From a virus (lineage: Duplodnaviria > Caudoviricetes): 64,000 nt of DNA. Positions 13,201 through 25,800 of this stretch are shown piece by piece. The stretch is from positions 64,001-128,000 of the IMG/VR virus record IMGVR_UViG_3300035498_000621; one strand, written 5' to 3'. Positions within the stretch are counted from its first letter, which is position 1; every line of letters starts with the position of its first letter. A program made the translations under genes and the position numbers. The notes beneath the pieces are model-generated. The model was not told where the DNA came from. It saw nothing but the letters and a program-made list of their open reading frames with translations, and did no database searches.

Positions 13201-16200
13201 CATTATCATATTTTAATTGTTCACTTAATCCATACAAAGTATTCTATAAAATATAAGCAGAACCAGTAGTAACTCTATTATTTACCTACATTCCATTAAA
13301 ATCTTTTGTATGATATATATCAGCAAGTAAATGACTAATAAAATTATTTACTTCTTCATCAAATTTCTAATCTGCTGTAATTGTATAAGTCTCTCCAGTT
13401 TTTTTATCTTTTCTAGTTAATTGTTGTTCGGTATATTCTTGTCTATGAAGAATTTTTTCTTTGATAATCTTTCTATTTATATTATATAAATCATATTTAA
13501 TAGTAGTATTACCAATTTCAGTTACTTGATTATTAGATATAAATTCTACATATTCAAGAACTTTATCTTCTCCATATCTACGATATTTTCCATGAACAAC
13601 TTTACCGTTTTTTTCAAATTTACCTGTTTTTTTATTATATTGAACATCTTCAACTAATATTTCTCTACCAACTTCAAATAAAGGTATATTATCATTTGTA
13701 GCTGCATATACTCTATATTTTATTGGACCACTTTGGCCTTCAGGATATTCAAAATCTTTTTTAATTGTATTTTTCCATTTTCGTCTAGTAGAGTCAAAAC
13801 TTTCATCATTTTGATGTAATGGTTTAAATGTAATATATAAGTTTCTATTATTAGTTTTTGTATAAACTAAATCATAATTATCAGATGTTACAGGAATAAT
13901 TTGTTCTGAAAGTCTCTTTTTAAAATAATTTTCACCTTCATCAATAATATCCGCTAATGAATCGCCATCCTAAAGTCCAAATTTAGATTTATATAAATTT
14001 GACATTATAATTTCAGCGGCTTTATTAGAAACTTTACCTTCTTGAATATTACCATTTTCATCTCTACTATAAATTTTTACTCCAACTTTATCCTTCGGAC
14101 TACGATAATAAATTCCTTTTTCTAAATCATCAAATACTTTCTAAATTAAAGTAACTTTATTATCCCCTGGAACAAGTTCTTTACGTTTATCTAATATAAG
14201 TTTTTCACCCTATTTTTTAGATATTTGTTTTGATTTAATTTTAGCACTAATCTCTTTTTCATAAAGATAAAGATTTTTAATCGGCCAACTATCAAAAATA
14301 TTCATTGTATGATGACCTGATTTATCATCATATTCCCATTGAATTTTAACTGGAGCTAAATTTCTAGGTACTTTAATATTTTTTTGATAATGAATATTTA
14401 TAGGATTTATTACTTTTTTCTTATTAAATATAAAAGTAGTAATATCATTTTTAAATAAATAATAATCATCAAGATTATCTAAACTTACTTCTAGTATTTG
14501 TGTTTCTCCAGTACCTTCAATATTATAACTAATTCTAACATTATCTGTTGGTTGATAAATTTCTGAACTAGTTTCAATAGGGATTTCATTCTATTTAGCT
14601 ATAAGATATTGATCTACAATTTCTCTATTTTTTAAAGCTAAATCAGTTTGAGTAGAAGTATATCCAGATTGTATAGCTAATTTTATTAAATCTTCATATT
14701 GATAAGTTTTCCCATCTATATCATATATCATAGATATATTATAGCCAGGAACCATAACAGTACCTAAACCAGGATATTGTCTTTTAATAGATTTTTTATT
14801 AATTACAGATACAAAAGTAGATAAAATAGTAGAATAAATATTTGGATCACTAAATGGAATTTTAAATTCATCAAGAGCATGATCAGTATTAAAATTAAAT
14901 TTCTATTTAATTGCACTAATAATGGCATTAGCAAGTCCAGCCTATCCTTTATTTCTAGATAAGTTATTCATTATAGTGCGACCAACTACATCATATATAG
15001 CGGATAATTTTGTTTCATCGCTATCTCTAAATTCCTAAACAGCATCCAATTCTACTTTTGATAAATCTAATGCTAATTTACCTAAAGCTTCATAAATCTA
15101 AGAAACATATTCATGCAATCTACCATTAGCATCAAGAGAAGAAATAACCTAAGAAAACTCAGTCATGTGCCCTTCATCTGCTGTATGATCAGCATCCATT
15201 TGAATACCATAACCTTCTGTACCTATTTCCATATAAGTAAAATCGGTATCATCATAAAAAGATGAAGTAGGATTTATATTACCAGCACCATTTTTTACAG
15301 CAGTATTATTTGCTAATACATCAATCATCGCTTCTTTTAATGGTTGATAATAACTATCCTAAGTATGATCTTCAGGGTCAGCTCCAGGTTTTAATGTAGC
15401 TACACTATTTATAAATTTAGTTACAGCAGAATTAGAAGCTTCTGAATATTGTAATATACCATTACTATCAATACTTTCTGAATAAATTCCACCAAGTGCA
15501 GTATGTAATTCAAATAAAGAATCAATGCTATGTAAATTTAAATCATTTAATATAGTTTCTGATTTTATATGAGTTCCATCTTTTTGAAAATAGTGATAAA
15601 TTTTCTTTTGATCATATGGTTCTGATCCAGTATTATCTACACTATATTCTATAGTATAATATACACCATTTTCAATTCCAAAATCATGAATTTTTTTATG
15701 TTCAAGCCCATCTCTATAAAATAAACCTTGAATTTCGCCATTATGTTCAGCAATGTCTTCTAAGAAATTAATTCTTGGATTATCTTTATATTCACATCCA
15801 TCAATTAAATTAATTTCTCCAAATTTCCAACTTCCATCATCATTATGCCATCGAATATTGGTCATTTTCTTAAATATATTTCTAAGAACAATACCATTTT
15901 TATTTCCTTCTGCCTAACGCATCCATTGATTTGTAATTGTATCAACAGCATATTTTAATAAGGTTGCTGACATATATCTATCATCATACCAATGTTGAAT
16001 AGGTTTTTTTACAGTTCCAACTTCACAATCCTAAAGTGAATTATTTTCCAAATTAGAACTAAAAGGATTAACAAATGCAGAACCATCATGCGCATCAATT
16101 TCAGTAGCTAATCCATCAAAATTAAATACATTAGCCTATACATCATTAATTACTGCAACTTTCATTTTATTTCTAATACCATTTAATCTACCTTGTAAGT

Positions 16201-19200
16201 AATATCTCATAGTACCAGGAATAATTACATTACGTTTAAACTAAGCATTTTGTGCAGCATTTTCTATTTTATAAATATTATCATTATATATTTTTAAAAG
16301 TCCATTTATCGCCGCTTCATCTTCTGGAGAGATATTTGGATCTTCTGGATCTATACTACGACCAAAATTTTGTATAGCTCTAGATATATCATAAAATGTA
16401 ATATTTCCACCATCATAATTAGGATTATATCCTTGAATAAATCCTTTATATAAATTTGCTCCTAATTGTCCTAAATCAAGTTTAGATAATGCTTTTACTT
16501 TATGATTAATTTCAGAACCAGTTAAACTAAACCTTAAATTATTTCCAACTAAATTATCAATCATAAAGAAAGTATTTAATACAGGATTTAATTCAACAGT
16601 TTCATTTTCTGATAAATTAATTTTACCAAAAGTTATATTTTTAACTTTTCCTGTTTTTTTATTTTTAACTTTTGCTAAAATCATTTTATTGCCTACAACC
16701 CACTATTTGCCTTGTGCATCAGAATCAGTAAGTTTAATAAGCATTTTCGTCATTTCATTACCAGTTCCATCTAAATATTTTCCATTTTCAGTATAATTTA
16801 TTTCAAATCCTAATCGTTTAGATAAAAGATCATTAATAAAACTAATTTTTTCTCTTTCTAAACGTTGATGTAAAGCTGATGGAGTATATAAATTATTAGC
16901 ATATTCATAAAGTAATTCATTAATAGATAAAATTTTTCCTGAAATTTCTCTATAATGAACATCTTTATATAATGTTACATTTGCATTTAATGCTTTTTTA
17001 ATAAACTAATCTGCTTTTGAATCATATTTTTCTTTTTCTTCTTCAGTTAATGGAGTTTTTAACCATTTCTAAACTAAATCAAGATTTACTTTTCCATTTA
17101 TTACAAATTCTGGAAATATTTTAGCATAATCATCTAATACCTAATTATATACTTCTTTATAAGCGGCACCAATAGTATTAATTATTTTCTATTCTACTAC
17201 TTCATTAAAATTAGCAGATCTTAAATCTGTAATTCCTATATCCTCTAAACTAACTTGATAAAGTATAAATTTTGTTTTATCAGAATATACTGTTGGTTGT
17301 GTATAAACACTACCATCTTTTAAAAATGGTGTAATAAATTTATTAACTATAGCATCATATAACAATTCTCCTTCTGTCATATTTTTTACTTGTTTTTTTA
17401 ATCCATCTCTAGTAATTACATCAGAATTAACTACTTTTGCATGAATAGCAGTAGGATTATTAACAAATAGCAATCTAGCAGTTGCTTTATTAGCCGAATT
17501 AGATCGAGCAAGTTGCTATTCAATTCTAGCACCTAAATATCCAGGACCATAATTAGGTAATTTATCACCATCAAGATTTGTAGTAACAGATTTAGAAGTA
17601 TCACCACTTAAAATGGCTTGAACAGTTGCAAAATCTTCAACCCATCTTTGTATTGTTCGCGTAGTATTTAACTAATAACCATCATATCTCTAAATAAAAT
17701 ATTCTTTTTTCTTTTTATCGCTTAAATCCTAAATTTTATCACCATAAACATCATAATCACTTAAAAATTTAAGTAATTCAGTTTGAGAATATTTATCACC
17801 ATTTGGTTTAGTTGCATTTTTAAATTGATTATATATATCAGTAACTAATAAAGCTCTAGATGCAGATAAAAACATTTCTTTAAAATTATTTTTATTCATT
17901 TTATTTATTAAATAAAATAATTTCAAACCATCCCTATCTTTTCCAAAAAAAGTGTTTTCAAACATTGTATCTAGAAAATCAAGAATTGACATAAATGTTT
18001 GTTCATCCTCATTTAAACCTTCTCGAGATAATAATCTATCTCTAGATTTAATAGTAGATAAATCAATTTTTTTAAGTAAATCAGTTATTTCTTTAATTTC
18101 AAGATTAGATGATTTCTAACCTTTATCAAGAAGATTTCCTGTTTTTGAAACAATTTTAAATTGTTTATTTTTTCCATTTACATTTAAAGTTACTATATAA
18201 TCCTTTTTATTAGAAGTTTCAATTTTAAAACGGTCTAAAATATCCTATTTATTATCTCTATTTATAGTAACTTTGTTTATATTATTAACAATATCAAATT
18301 TTGTTCTATTAGTTGAATATCGTACTTTTATAGAAGTTTCAATTATTTCAGAATCATGATCATATGTTGTTTGTAAATAATTCATCATTACATTAGAATT
18401 ACAAACTCCTAATAATGTATCAATAAGATTATATCTATCAGTATAACCATGTTCTTTTGTATATTCATTTTCAATAGTTTTCCAAGAATCTTTTCCTTTA
18501 AATACAGTTCTATATATAGAATATAAATAATTTATAGTATTTGAATCAAGTCCAAGTTTTTCTAATTCACTCAATAAAGTAATATTATTTTTATTTTCAA
18601 ACAATCGACTAAAAATAATTTCTAAATTTTGTGAAGGATGATTGTCAAAATCACTTACAGCTTTTCTAAAATCATTATCATTTTTAATTCTTGCTCCAAC
18701 ATCAAGCAATCTACATATTGATCCAATAAAATCTTTAGGCTATAATTTACTAATTTCTATAGATCGTGTATCATAATTATAAAGCGGAATACTCTTAATA
18801 AGAACTTGTTGAAATTTACTCATTTCTTTAAGAGAATCACGATTTTCTATACCAAAATTTCTATTTACAGCATTTTTATTTCCTCTAGTAAAAGAATATT
18901 TATAAGACACTTTAGTAATTCCATCATTTTTTTCTATTACTATAGGTTGATCATAATTATAATTAATATCAATATAATCACCAAAACATTCTTTTATAAT
19001 ATCATCAAAATATGTAAGATTTACATATGCATTAATTGCTTCATATTCTAAATTATCTTCTTTTCTATTAAACATTTCATTTTCCCAACCATCTTCTAAT
19101 GCCTATTCAAGTTGTCCTTTATTTTTTTTATCTTGAATATAATTATACATCATCAATAAGGCATTAGTATAATTTCTTTGAAGAATTTTTATTGAATTAT

Positions 19201-19843
19201 CACCATTTTTTCCTCGATATAAACTTTGTGGAACTTCTGATAAATCATATCCTTTACTTTTTAAAAATTTTCTAATGATTTTAAATTGTTCATCTTGATA
19301 ATCCATTATTCCTTGATTTACATCATCTTGATTATCAACAATTCTATGCTCGCTAATATCTATAATTGTCCTAATGCGCATTTCATCATTAAAATTAGTT
19401 TGTCTCTAATCATTTATAGCAGTACTATCACCATAAATTTCTTTAAGCACCTCATTAAGTTCTAATTCTCTGCGCTAATCTTCAGTAATTAAATCAGAAC
19501 CGGCTATATTTGCCTAAATATATTCTTCAACTTTAGTTAATGGTTTTGGAAGTAATTCTTCTTGAAAATATTTTCTTATTTTATTCTTTACAGATCTGTT
19601 TAATTTAATAGGAAGATTTTCTTTTGCATCTAATTTTTCTATGATAGTTTCAATTAATTCATTTATACTATCTTGATAAGATTCATGATTATCAGATGAA
19701 TCAAAACTAATGCTGAAGGTTTTACCCTCCAGCATAGTTTTAATATTTTCTAATATTTCATCTAAATTTTCTCCTTTCAAATCAGAAAAATTTAAATCTC
19801 CTGAATGTAAGGCTTTACTAAAATTTGATTGTTTACAACTCAT
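7206..19843 (-). CDS. giant virion DNA-dependent RNA polymerase of crAss type; 3 exons join(12895..19843,10435..11504,7206..9131), 3314 aa, code 15
   Basis: After removing two introns it reads ...SRIPAQTLQSFM...HWQTWL|QGSDYDIDKAYIMG (DxDxD catalytic loop) and ...ISQILSAATD|NAKELILAK; all track fragments between 15359 and 19852 plus 11200-11466 and 10822-11070 are in frame; ATGA overlaps at both ends. Confidence 0.92.
9420..10358 (-). CDS. intron-encoded LAGLIDADG-family homing endonuclease with N-terminal HTH repeats (312 aa)
   Basis: GSLLGDL and ALAYWFMDDG motifs; two HTH units (GLSNLKIAKELG, GKSDKEIAEYFG); ATG 10358 preferred over the track's 10412 because it lies downstream of the promoter; no TAG; TAA stop. 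Confidence 0.85.
   Translation of the reverse strand: MKKISEETIGKIKELYDQGLSNLKIAKELGIGNQTVSKYLKERFGIEKKKYVKQIDQDTFEKLWNEGKSDKEIAEYFGVKELTIRTYRTKGENAGKFNIIRNFSQTEQFLSEIQDQFIRGSLLGDLNLSNPTFNRHTNSRLALVHSNKQEELFLKKVEILGEFMGSYKLYTSNLDTRTGKVYKSWRGNSKSHPVFTKIYNELYPNNKKVLTQEYLDTIHHPIALAYWFMDDGTYNGIFATHCFSLKENELLCMWLIKKWGINCTIQHNLNQFQIYIKSESRLKFEKLIFPYMLPSMYYKLKYLDVLQAESVG
10382..10413 (-). promoter_or_regulatory. Bacteroidota sigma70-type promoter inside intron A
   Basis: TTTG-N20-TATATTTG matches the TTTG-N19-21-TAnnTTTG consensus, 23 nt upstream of the endonuclease ATG. Confidence 0.75.
11691..12803 (-). CDS. intron-encoded homing endonuclease: HTH repeats plus C-terminal Vsr/DUF559-like PD-(D/E)xK domain (370 aa)
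   Basis: Three HTH-like units; LRFDYYLPEFDILIEIQGKQHY...DNIKVNWC motif; the 3' end of the ORF runs into the ribozyme P/Q elements; no TAG; TAA stop. Confidence 0.85.
   Translation of the reverse strand: METKRKSPTKITDELIAKLKELVESGMKNTDICAELGIGTTTLTTYKKKYNIKYVKPTAEDYKKEIISLYQSGISVKDICSKLGYKSQTTIKNILNKYNVESNRDKEYKKLKEDIIKITPNCLSAYEVAKKVGCAPTTARKYIKELNLNLKVKTHLSDDDISNIVLEPLKYDFNEDISKISNADKKEFIVNKIKHIIVNTREYVSILILKNYNINSSLLNYYGIRLPDLNAEFGLISKYSSALEAYFAGFCDKYGILYESQKTFDDCVYKDKLRFDYYLPEFDILIEIQGKQHYEINEKFGGESFLLEQQEKDNIKVNWCKEHNKQLYVICYKDLYKKDYLETLLSQVLVAKSKSGELLGTPEVDNQQPS
12837..12868 (-). promoter_or_regulatory. Bacteroidota sigma70-type promoter inside intron B
   Basis: TTTG-N20-TATATTTG, 33 nt upstream of the endonuclease ATG. 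Confidence 0.75.
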
Positions 19844-22800
19844 ATTATACAACTATTATTTTTAATATTAGATAATGCATTAATTGTATTATTTAAAACA
19901 TTAGAATATTCAGGATCGGAATCATCTGTCATTGTTTGTAACTTTTCTTGAACTTTATTTACCGCTTTAGCAATAAGTTTTTCAGAAGCTATAGTAGATT
20001 CCTAATTACCTTTAAATGCTTCATTAATAACCGTTTCTATTGCTTTCTTTTCATCAGATTCTAATAAATTTGAAAGTTCAGTCATAGCTGCATTAATTTG
20101 AGAAATAACATCCTTGACAGTTCTTTGTGTTGAATTTGGTTCTGTAATATCATCCCAAACTAATTTTTTTCGTACTATTTGAACCGATTTTTTACTACCA
20201 TCATTTAAAGTCATTATTATAGCTTTTCCTTTTCGTTCATATGATTGAATAGATTTACCATTTAACTCTGGAGATGATGTAAAATAAATAAATTCTAAGT
20301 TATTTCCATTAATTTTTACATCCATTATTAAAGTATCCAATGGAGATAATTCTTGTCCTTTAAAATACTATGTAAATTTAGTATTTATTTCAGATTTAAC
20401 CAAATTATATAAATCTTCAATTGTATTAACTTTGGCTAAAGCTTTATTTGAAATAGTTATACCACTTTGAGAAAGACTTTGAATTGAAGCAGATTTTGCT
20501 TGTTCTAATATTTTATCAATTTCTGGTTGAGTAGATATTGGAGCCTATTGTTGAGTTTCTGGTTCAACGTATGGATCTAAAGAGATTCCTAGAATTGGAA
20601 ATCCGGGAACTACATTAGTTGAAAATAATTTTCTATTACTAGCAACAGGAGCACTAACATTTTCACTTCCATCTTCTTTACATACTAATATTGGATCTGT
20701 AAAGAATCCATATTTAAATTTAGCATCAGTAGCACGTATATCATCTTTATTAAAATCATTTTCTCTTGAAGTAGATATCATGCCATGGAACATAAGACTG
20801 AATAAATTTTCAATACGTTTGTCTAATATACCAAATGGCTATCCATCTTCTTTGTATAATGGTCTAATACCAGGATCAAATGCACCTTCTACAAAATCTG
20901 CATCTCTATCCATCTATACTTGATCGCCTGTTAATTTTTTTACTACTGATACCCAATCAAGAGTTTCATCTCCAAATTTAAGATAATATTTACTATTAGG
21001 ATTTTCAGCTAAACGATTATCAAATTCTTCAGGATCTACTGCTCTTACACCTATAAACTTATTCATTTCTATAAGTAATATAGGTAACATAGATAATGTA
21101 TCTTCACCAGGAAGATTAATTTCAGTATCTGTATCTTTACCTTCTTCATCATACATTTTAATAGATAAAGATCTATCTCTTGATACTTTTTCAAACCATC
21201 CTTTTGCTAATTCATTATCAATATATTTTAAAGCAATATCTTCTGCTTTTTCGCCTTCTTTTAAATTTAAAGGAATAACTTTATTAATAATATTATCAAA
21301 TAATGCATCAAGTACATCATTAAACTAATATGCCATAGATGGATTAATATAAATACCTAAAGTATTATTTACATCTTTATAAAATCCATCTTCTTTAAGA
21401 TTAGTAAGTTTTCTAATGTAAGCTCCATTTTGTGCATTATAACCAAGTCGAAATTCTCTTACTCGAGTAGCTAAACCATCATTAAAATCCCAAATTGGTT
21501 TAAGTTTCTTTTTATTTTCTTCTGAAACTTGTTTTCTATAATCTTCTTCATTAAGATATTTCTAATCTCCTTTAATTCTATTATATTCAGCATTATCTAA
21601 CTTACATAATTCTTCTACTTCTTTATCGGTAAGATTATTAGCTGTTAAAAATTCTTTATAATTAGCTATAAATCTCTTTAAATTAGATCTAAAATTCCAT
21701 GCAGATATATACATACGTATTGCCATTGGTTCAGAATCAAATGGAAGTTTATATGATACTCCTTTATTTGCAATAGTGTATATATCAGTATATTTGCCTC
21801 TATATAAAGAGCTAAACGATACACCTTCATTATTAAGAATAACCATTCTAACCTATGGAACTAAATCAGGATTTTGTCTCTATGCCATATATCTAGATTC
21901 AAGTTCACTTGGATTTAATAGCGCATTACTAGAAACATACATTACTGCTTTACCTTTTAAAGAAATTTCTTTACCATTAGAATCAGTCCAAGTCATATTT
22001 AATCCTGGAACATCATCAACTATAGCATAAATTTTAGATTTAACAGCGTACTCAGTTTCATTGTCATAAGGACTAAAACCAGTATTAATATCCTCTAATC
22101 TTAATTTTGAATCTCTTTTTATTAATGTAGTAAGTCCATTATTTTTTGGTGCATTAATTCTTTGAGTATATGTACCAGAATTAGATTGAGATATTAATTC
22201 ATCAATTTTATTTCGATAAGCAAGAATATTAGCATCCATTCCATCTAAATATTCTTGCAATTCAGTAGCATTTTCTGCTCCACTATCTATTCTTTTCTAA
22301 ATAGCATATTGAACAGCTGCTTTATTAGATATATTTGGATTATCACGATTTGGTCTTTCCCACACATCTGGATCTGATAATCCACCAATAGTTACTGTAT
22401 AAGTTTCTATTATTTGTCCATTATCATCTTTAACTGGAATTTTTGCTTTTAAAGTAATAACTTTTCCTTTAATTGCACGTTTATTTTGATCCAAATCTGT
22501 TAATCCAACTAATCTATTAGTTGAAGATTCATCTTCTACAGATACATAATATTCTACATCATTAAATGCTTCTTCTGGAATCAATAATTTAGTTTCAGCA
22601 GGAAGTCTATCATATAATTCAGTTCCATAAACTAATATAGATTTTAATTCCATTAATTTTTTAACCAATTCGTATTTTTCTCTACCTTTTTTAATTGTTT
22701 GTCCAGGTTGTAAAAATATTCCAAGGTCAGTTTTTGAATCATCTGAATTAACCCATTCATCTTGAGATGTATCAATTCCAGAATAACTAATATTACTATA

Positions 22801-25800
22801 AACTCGTACATGTTGAGTCATTTGTTCATAGTTTTTTCTTTCATCAAGATCAGACTATGCAATTTCACCTTCATTTCCAGAACTATTATCTTGCGAAAAT
22901 TCTTTTTCATCAGTTAATTGATCAACAGTTGTATTAGTGCCTTTAATTTTAGGCGAAGGAGGTTCTTCAGGTTTTTCTTCAGGTTTTACTTCTGGATTAG
23001 TAGTAGCTTCTTCCTCTTCTGCTTTTACATTAGATAAAGCCTGGTCTATTTGCTAAAGTCTTGTCTATCTAAATTTTTCAATAGCTGGTTTAATATCATT
23101 AGCTTTTCCAGTAAATTCATCCTGTATATTTGAAATAAATTTTGAAAGTCCTCTATCTATTAAAATAGTTCCTTGTCTACTTCTACTTATCATAGTATAA
23201 AGATCTTTCATAAAATAAACTAAATTTCTACCTTTTTTAGCAAAATCAGAGTCATCAAGATTTAATTTCCAATCTTTATCTATAACTACATAATCAAATT
23301 CCCTACCTTGTACTTGTAAAGGATCAATAACAACTACATTTTTTCCAGCATCTTTTAATTGTTTATAATATTCTGAAGATTCAGTTCCAATAAAACCTAT
23401 AGGATTTTCATCATCAGAATTGAGCTTTGCGATTAATTCTGGACTAATTGAGTCAGTAATTAATTCACCAGAAAATTCATCGCCATCATAATATTTAAAA
23501 ACAAACTGTTTAAAATCCTCATCAAAAATTTTCTTACTAGCTTCTATAAGTTCATCTTCTGTAGTAGCAAATTGCAACTAATCTATAATATTAATTGTAG
23601 ACTATAGATTATGTATTTTCTAAACATTATTATCTCTAAGAGAAATAAATAAATTAGGAGCTCTCCAAGCTAGTACAGATTCTCTATCAAAATTATACAT
23701 TAATCCATTAGCTCTAAATCCATTTTGATGATCATCTCCTAATAAAATTACATTAATTTCATTTTCTCGCGCAAATTTACTTATTATTTGTAATTCTACA
23801 GTATTAAAATGTGTTGCTTCGTCAATTATTATTAATTTAGGGGCGTTTTCTATTTTATTTACTTTAACAGAATCTTTTAATACACAAGTTGTATTTTCAA
23901 TACCTGATTCTTTAACATAATATTTTCCATTAGTTTTATCAATCCATTTATTTTTATCTACATCGTATTTTACACTAGTTAAAAATTCATCAGATTGTGC
24001 TTTTCCAAGCATTATTTCGAACATCTCTTCTTTAGACATTCCTTTTCCTTTTGGAAGTGTTTTTAATAAACCTTCTACTTGTGAAGAAGTAGGACCAGAC
24101 AACCAAGTATTTTCTCCATTATTAGTAGATAATTTTGTAACTGCATAAGTTTTTCCGGCACCGCCTACACCAGTTATAACTGTTGTATTATATAATACAG
24201 GAGCTTTTAATTTAAGTAAATCATTTCTTAAATAATCTAATGCTTGATTAATTAATTCTGGATTTTGTTGCTATGCTTGTGATAATTTTGCTACATATTC
24301 CTAAAGAGATAATGGTGCTAAATTTTTATTATTATTAATAAATTCTTTTAATTTAGTATAAAAACTAGCATCACTTAATGCAAAATTACTTATAAGTAAT
24401 GCAAATTTATCATAATCAGTTAGTTTAGAATAAGTAATAGTTTCATCAAGTTTTGATGTTATTTGATATTTTAAAGAACTAATATTTACTATTTTTGGAA
24501 GTATTGCATCTAAAATTTCTTTTAATGTAGTTCCATTTTTTGTAAATTTTTTATAATTTCTATGTAATAATTCTTCTATTTGAACAATACTAGATAATGA
24601 ATTATCTAAAGCTAGATCTTCATAACCATCAAGTAAATCAAGAGTTGGGCTTATTTTAAAAGCTTCTCTATTAACTTTATAAAATTCTAATCTTGCTTTA
24701 TTAAATGCTATATCACCATCAATAAATTTCTAAACTTTATCAGCTGTATTTTTCTAATGACGTTGAATCCAACGAGTTATTTCTTTTTGATAATTATTAG
24801 CTTCATTAATTAAAAAATTTCCAAGTTCTTCTGTTATTTCTGGAAGAGCTTTAACTTTACCAAATACATCAGAATGATTAGCTACAAATTCATTTATAGA
24901 TTTATTATGTCCAACTGGATTATCATAACTAGATTTAGAAGAAGCAGCATGTATAAAAGCTTTTGCCATTTCTAAATCTTCTTTAAAATATAATAATGCT
25001 TGAAATTGAGGTTCAGTTAATTGAAATTCTTGGGCACTTGCTCCTTTTGCGTACTATTGATATATTTCTTCAAGAACATCTTCTATATTAATATCACTAT
25101 TTCTAATTTTTTTTGATATTTGTTTAATTATAGGAAGAATTGGATTATTTATAAAAGAAACAGCTTCTAAATTATCAAGAGCTTTTAATGATTTATCAGA
25201 ATTTAAATCTTTAAAAATTTTATCCTTTAAAAGTTTTTTAATTTTATCAAAAGATTCTTTTGAAGCTGTATCTGTAAGAGTATTAATATAACCTTCAGTT
25301 ATTTCTACTACTTCGTCTCCTTCCTCACTATCAAAACTTGTAAGACCACTTTGAACACGATTATAAAAATCAATTATTTCATTATTAACTAAACCTTGAC
25401 TTTCTTTTGTATCAAAACTAAATTCATAACTTTCTAAAACATCAATAGCATCATTAACTGTTACTCCAGTATTTCCTTTACTTTCTTGATTTTTTATCCA
25501 ACTATCTATCCAAATATACATATCTCGTTTAGTTAACGGAGCTTCTGGATAATCACCAGTAATAAATTCTAAATCACCTTTAATTGTATCCCATTGGTCT
25601 AAATTAAGACGACCTTTATACTCCTAAATAAACTAAGCTTTTATTGATTCAGATATAGCATTTTGAATTTGTTTATAAAGTTCTTTTCTATTTTTTGGAT
25701 CAGGTCCAATAATTTTAATTATATTCTATAATTTCTATTGAAGTTCTGGATTATTTGGAATTTGTAATTGTTCAATAATATTATCGTAAACATTTTTTCT

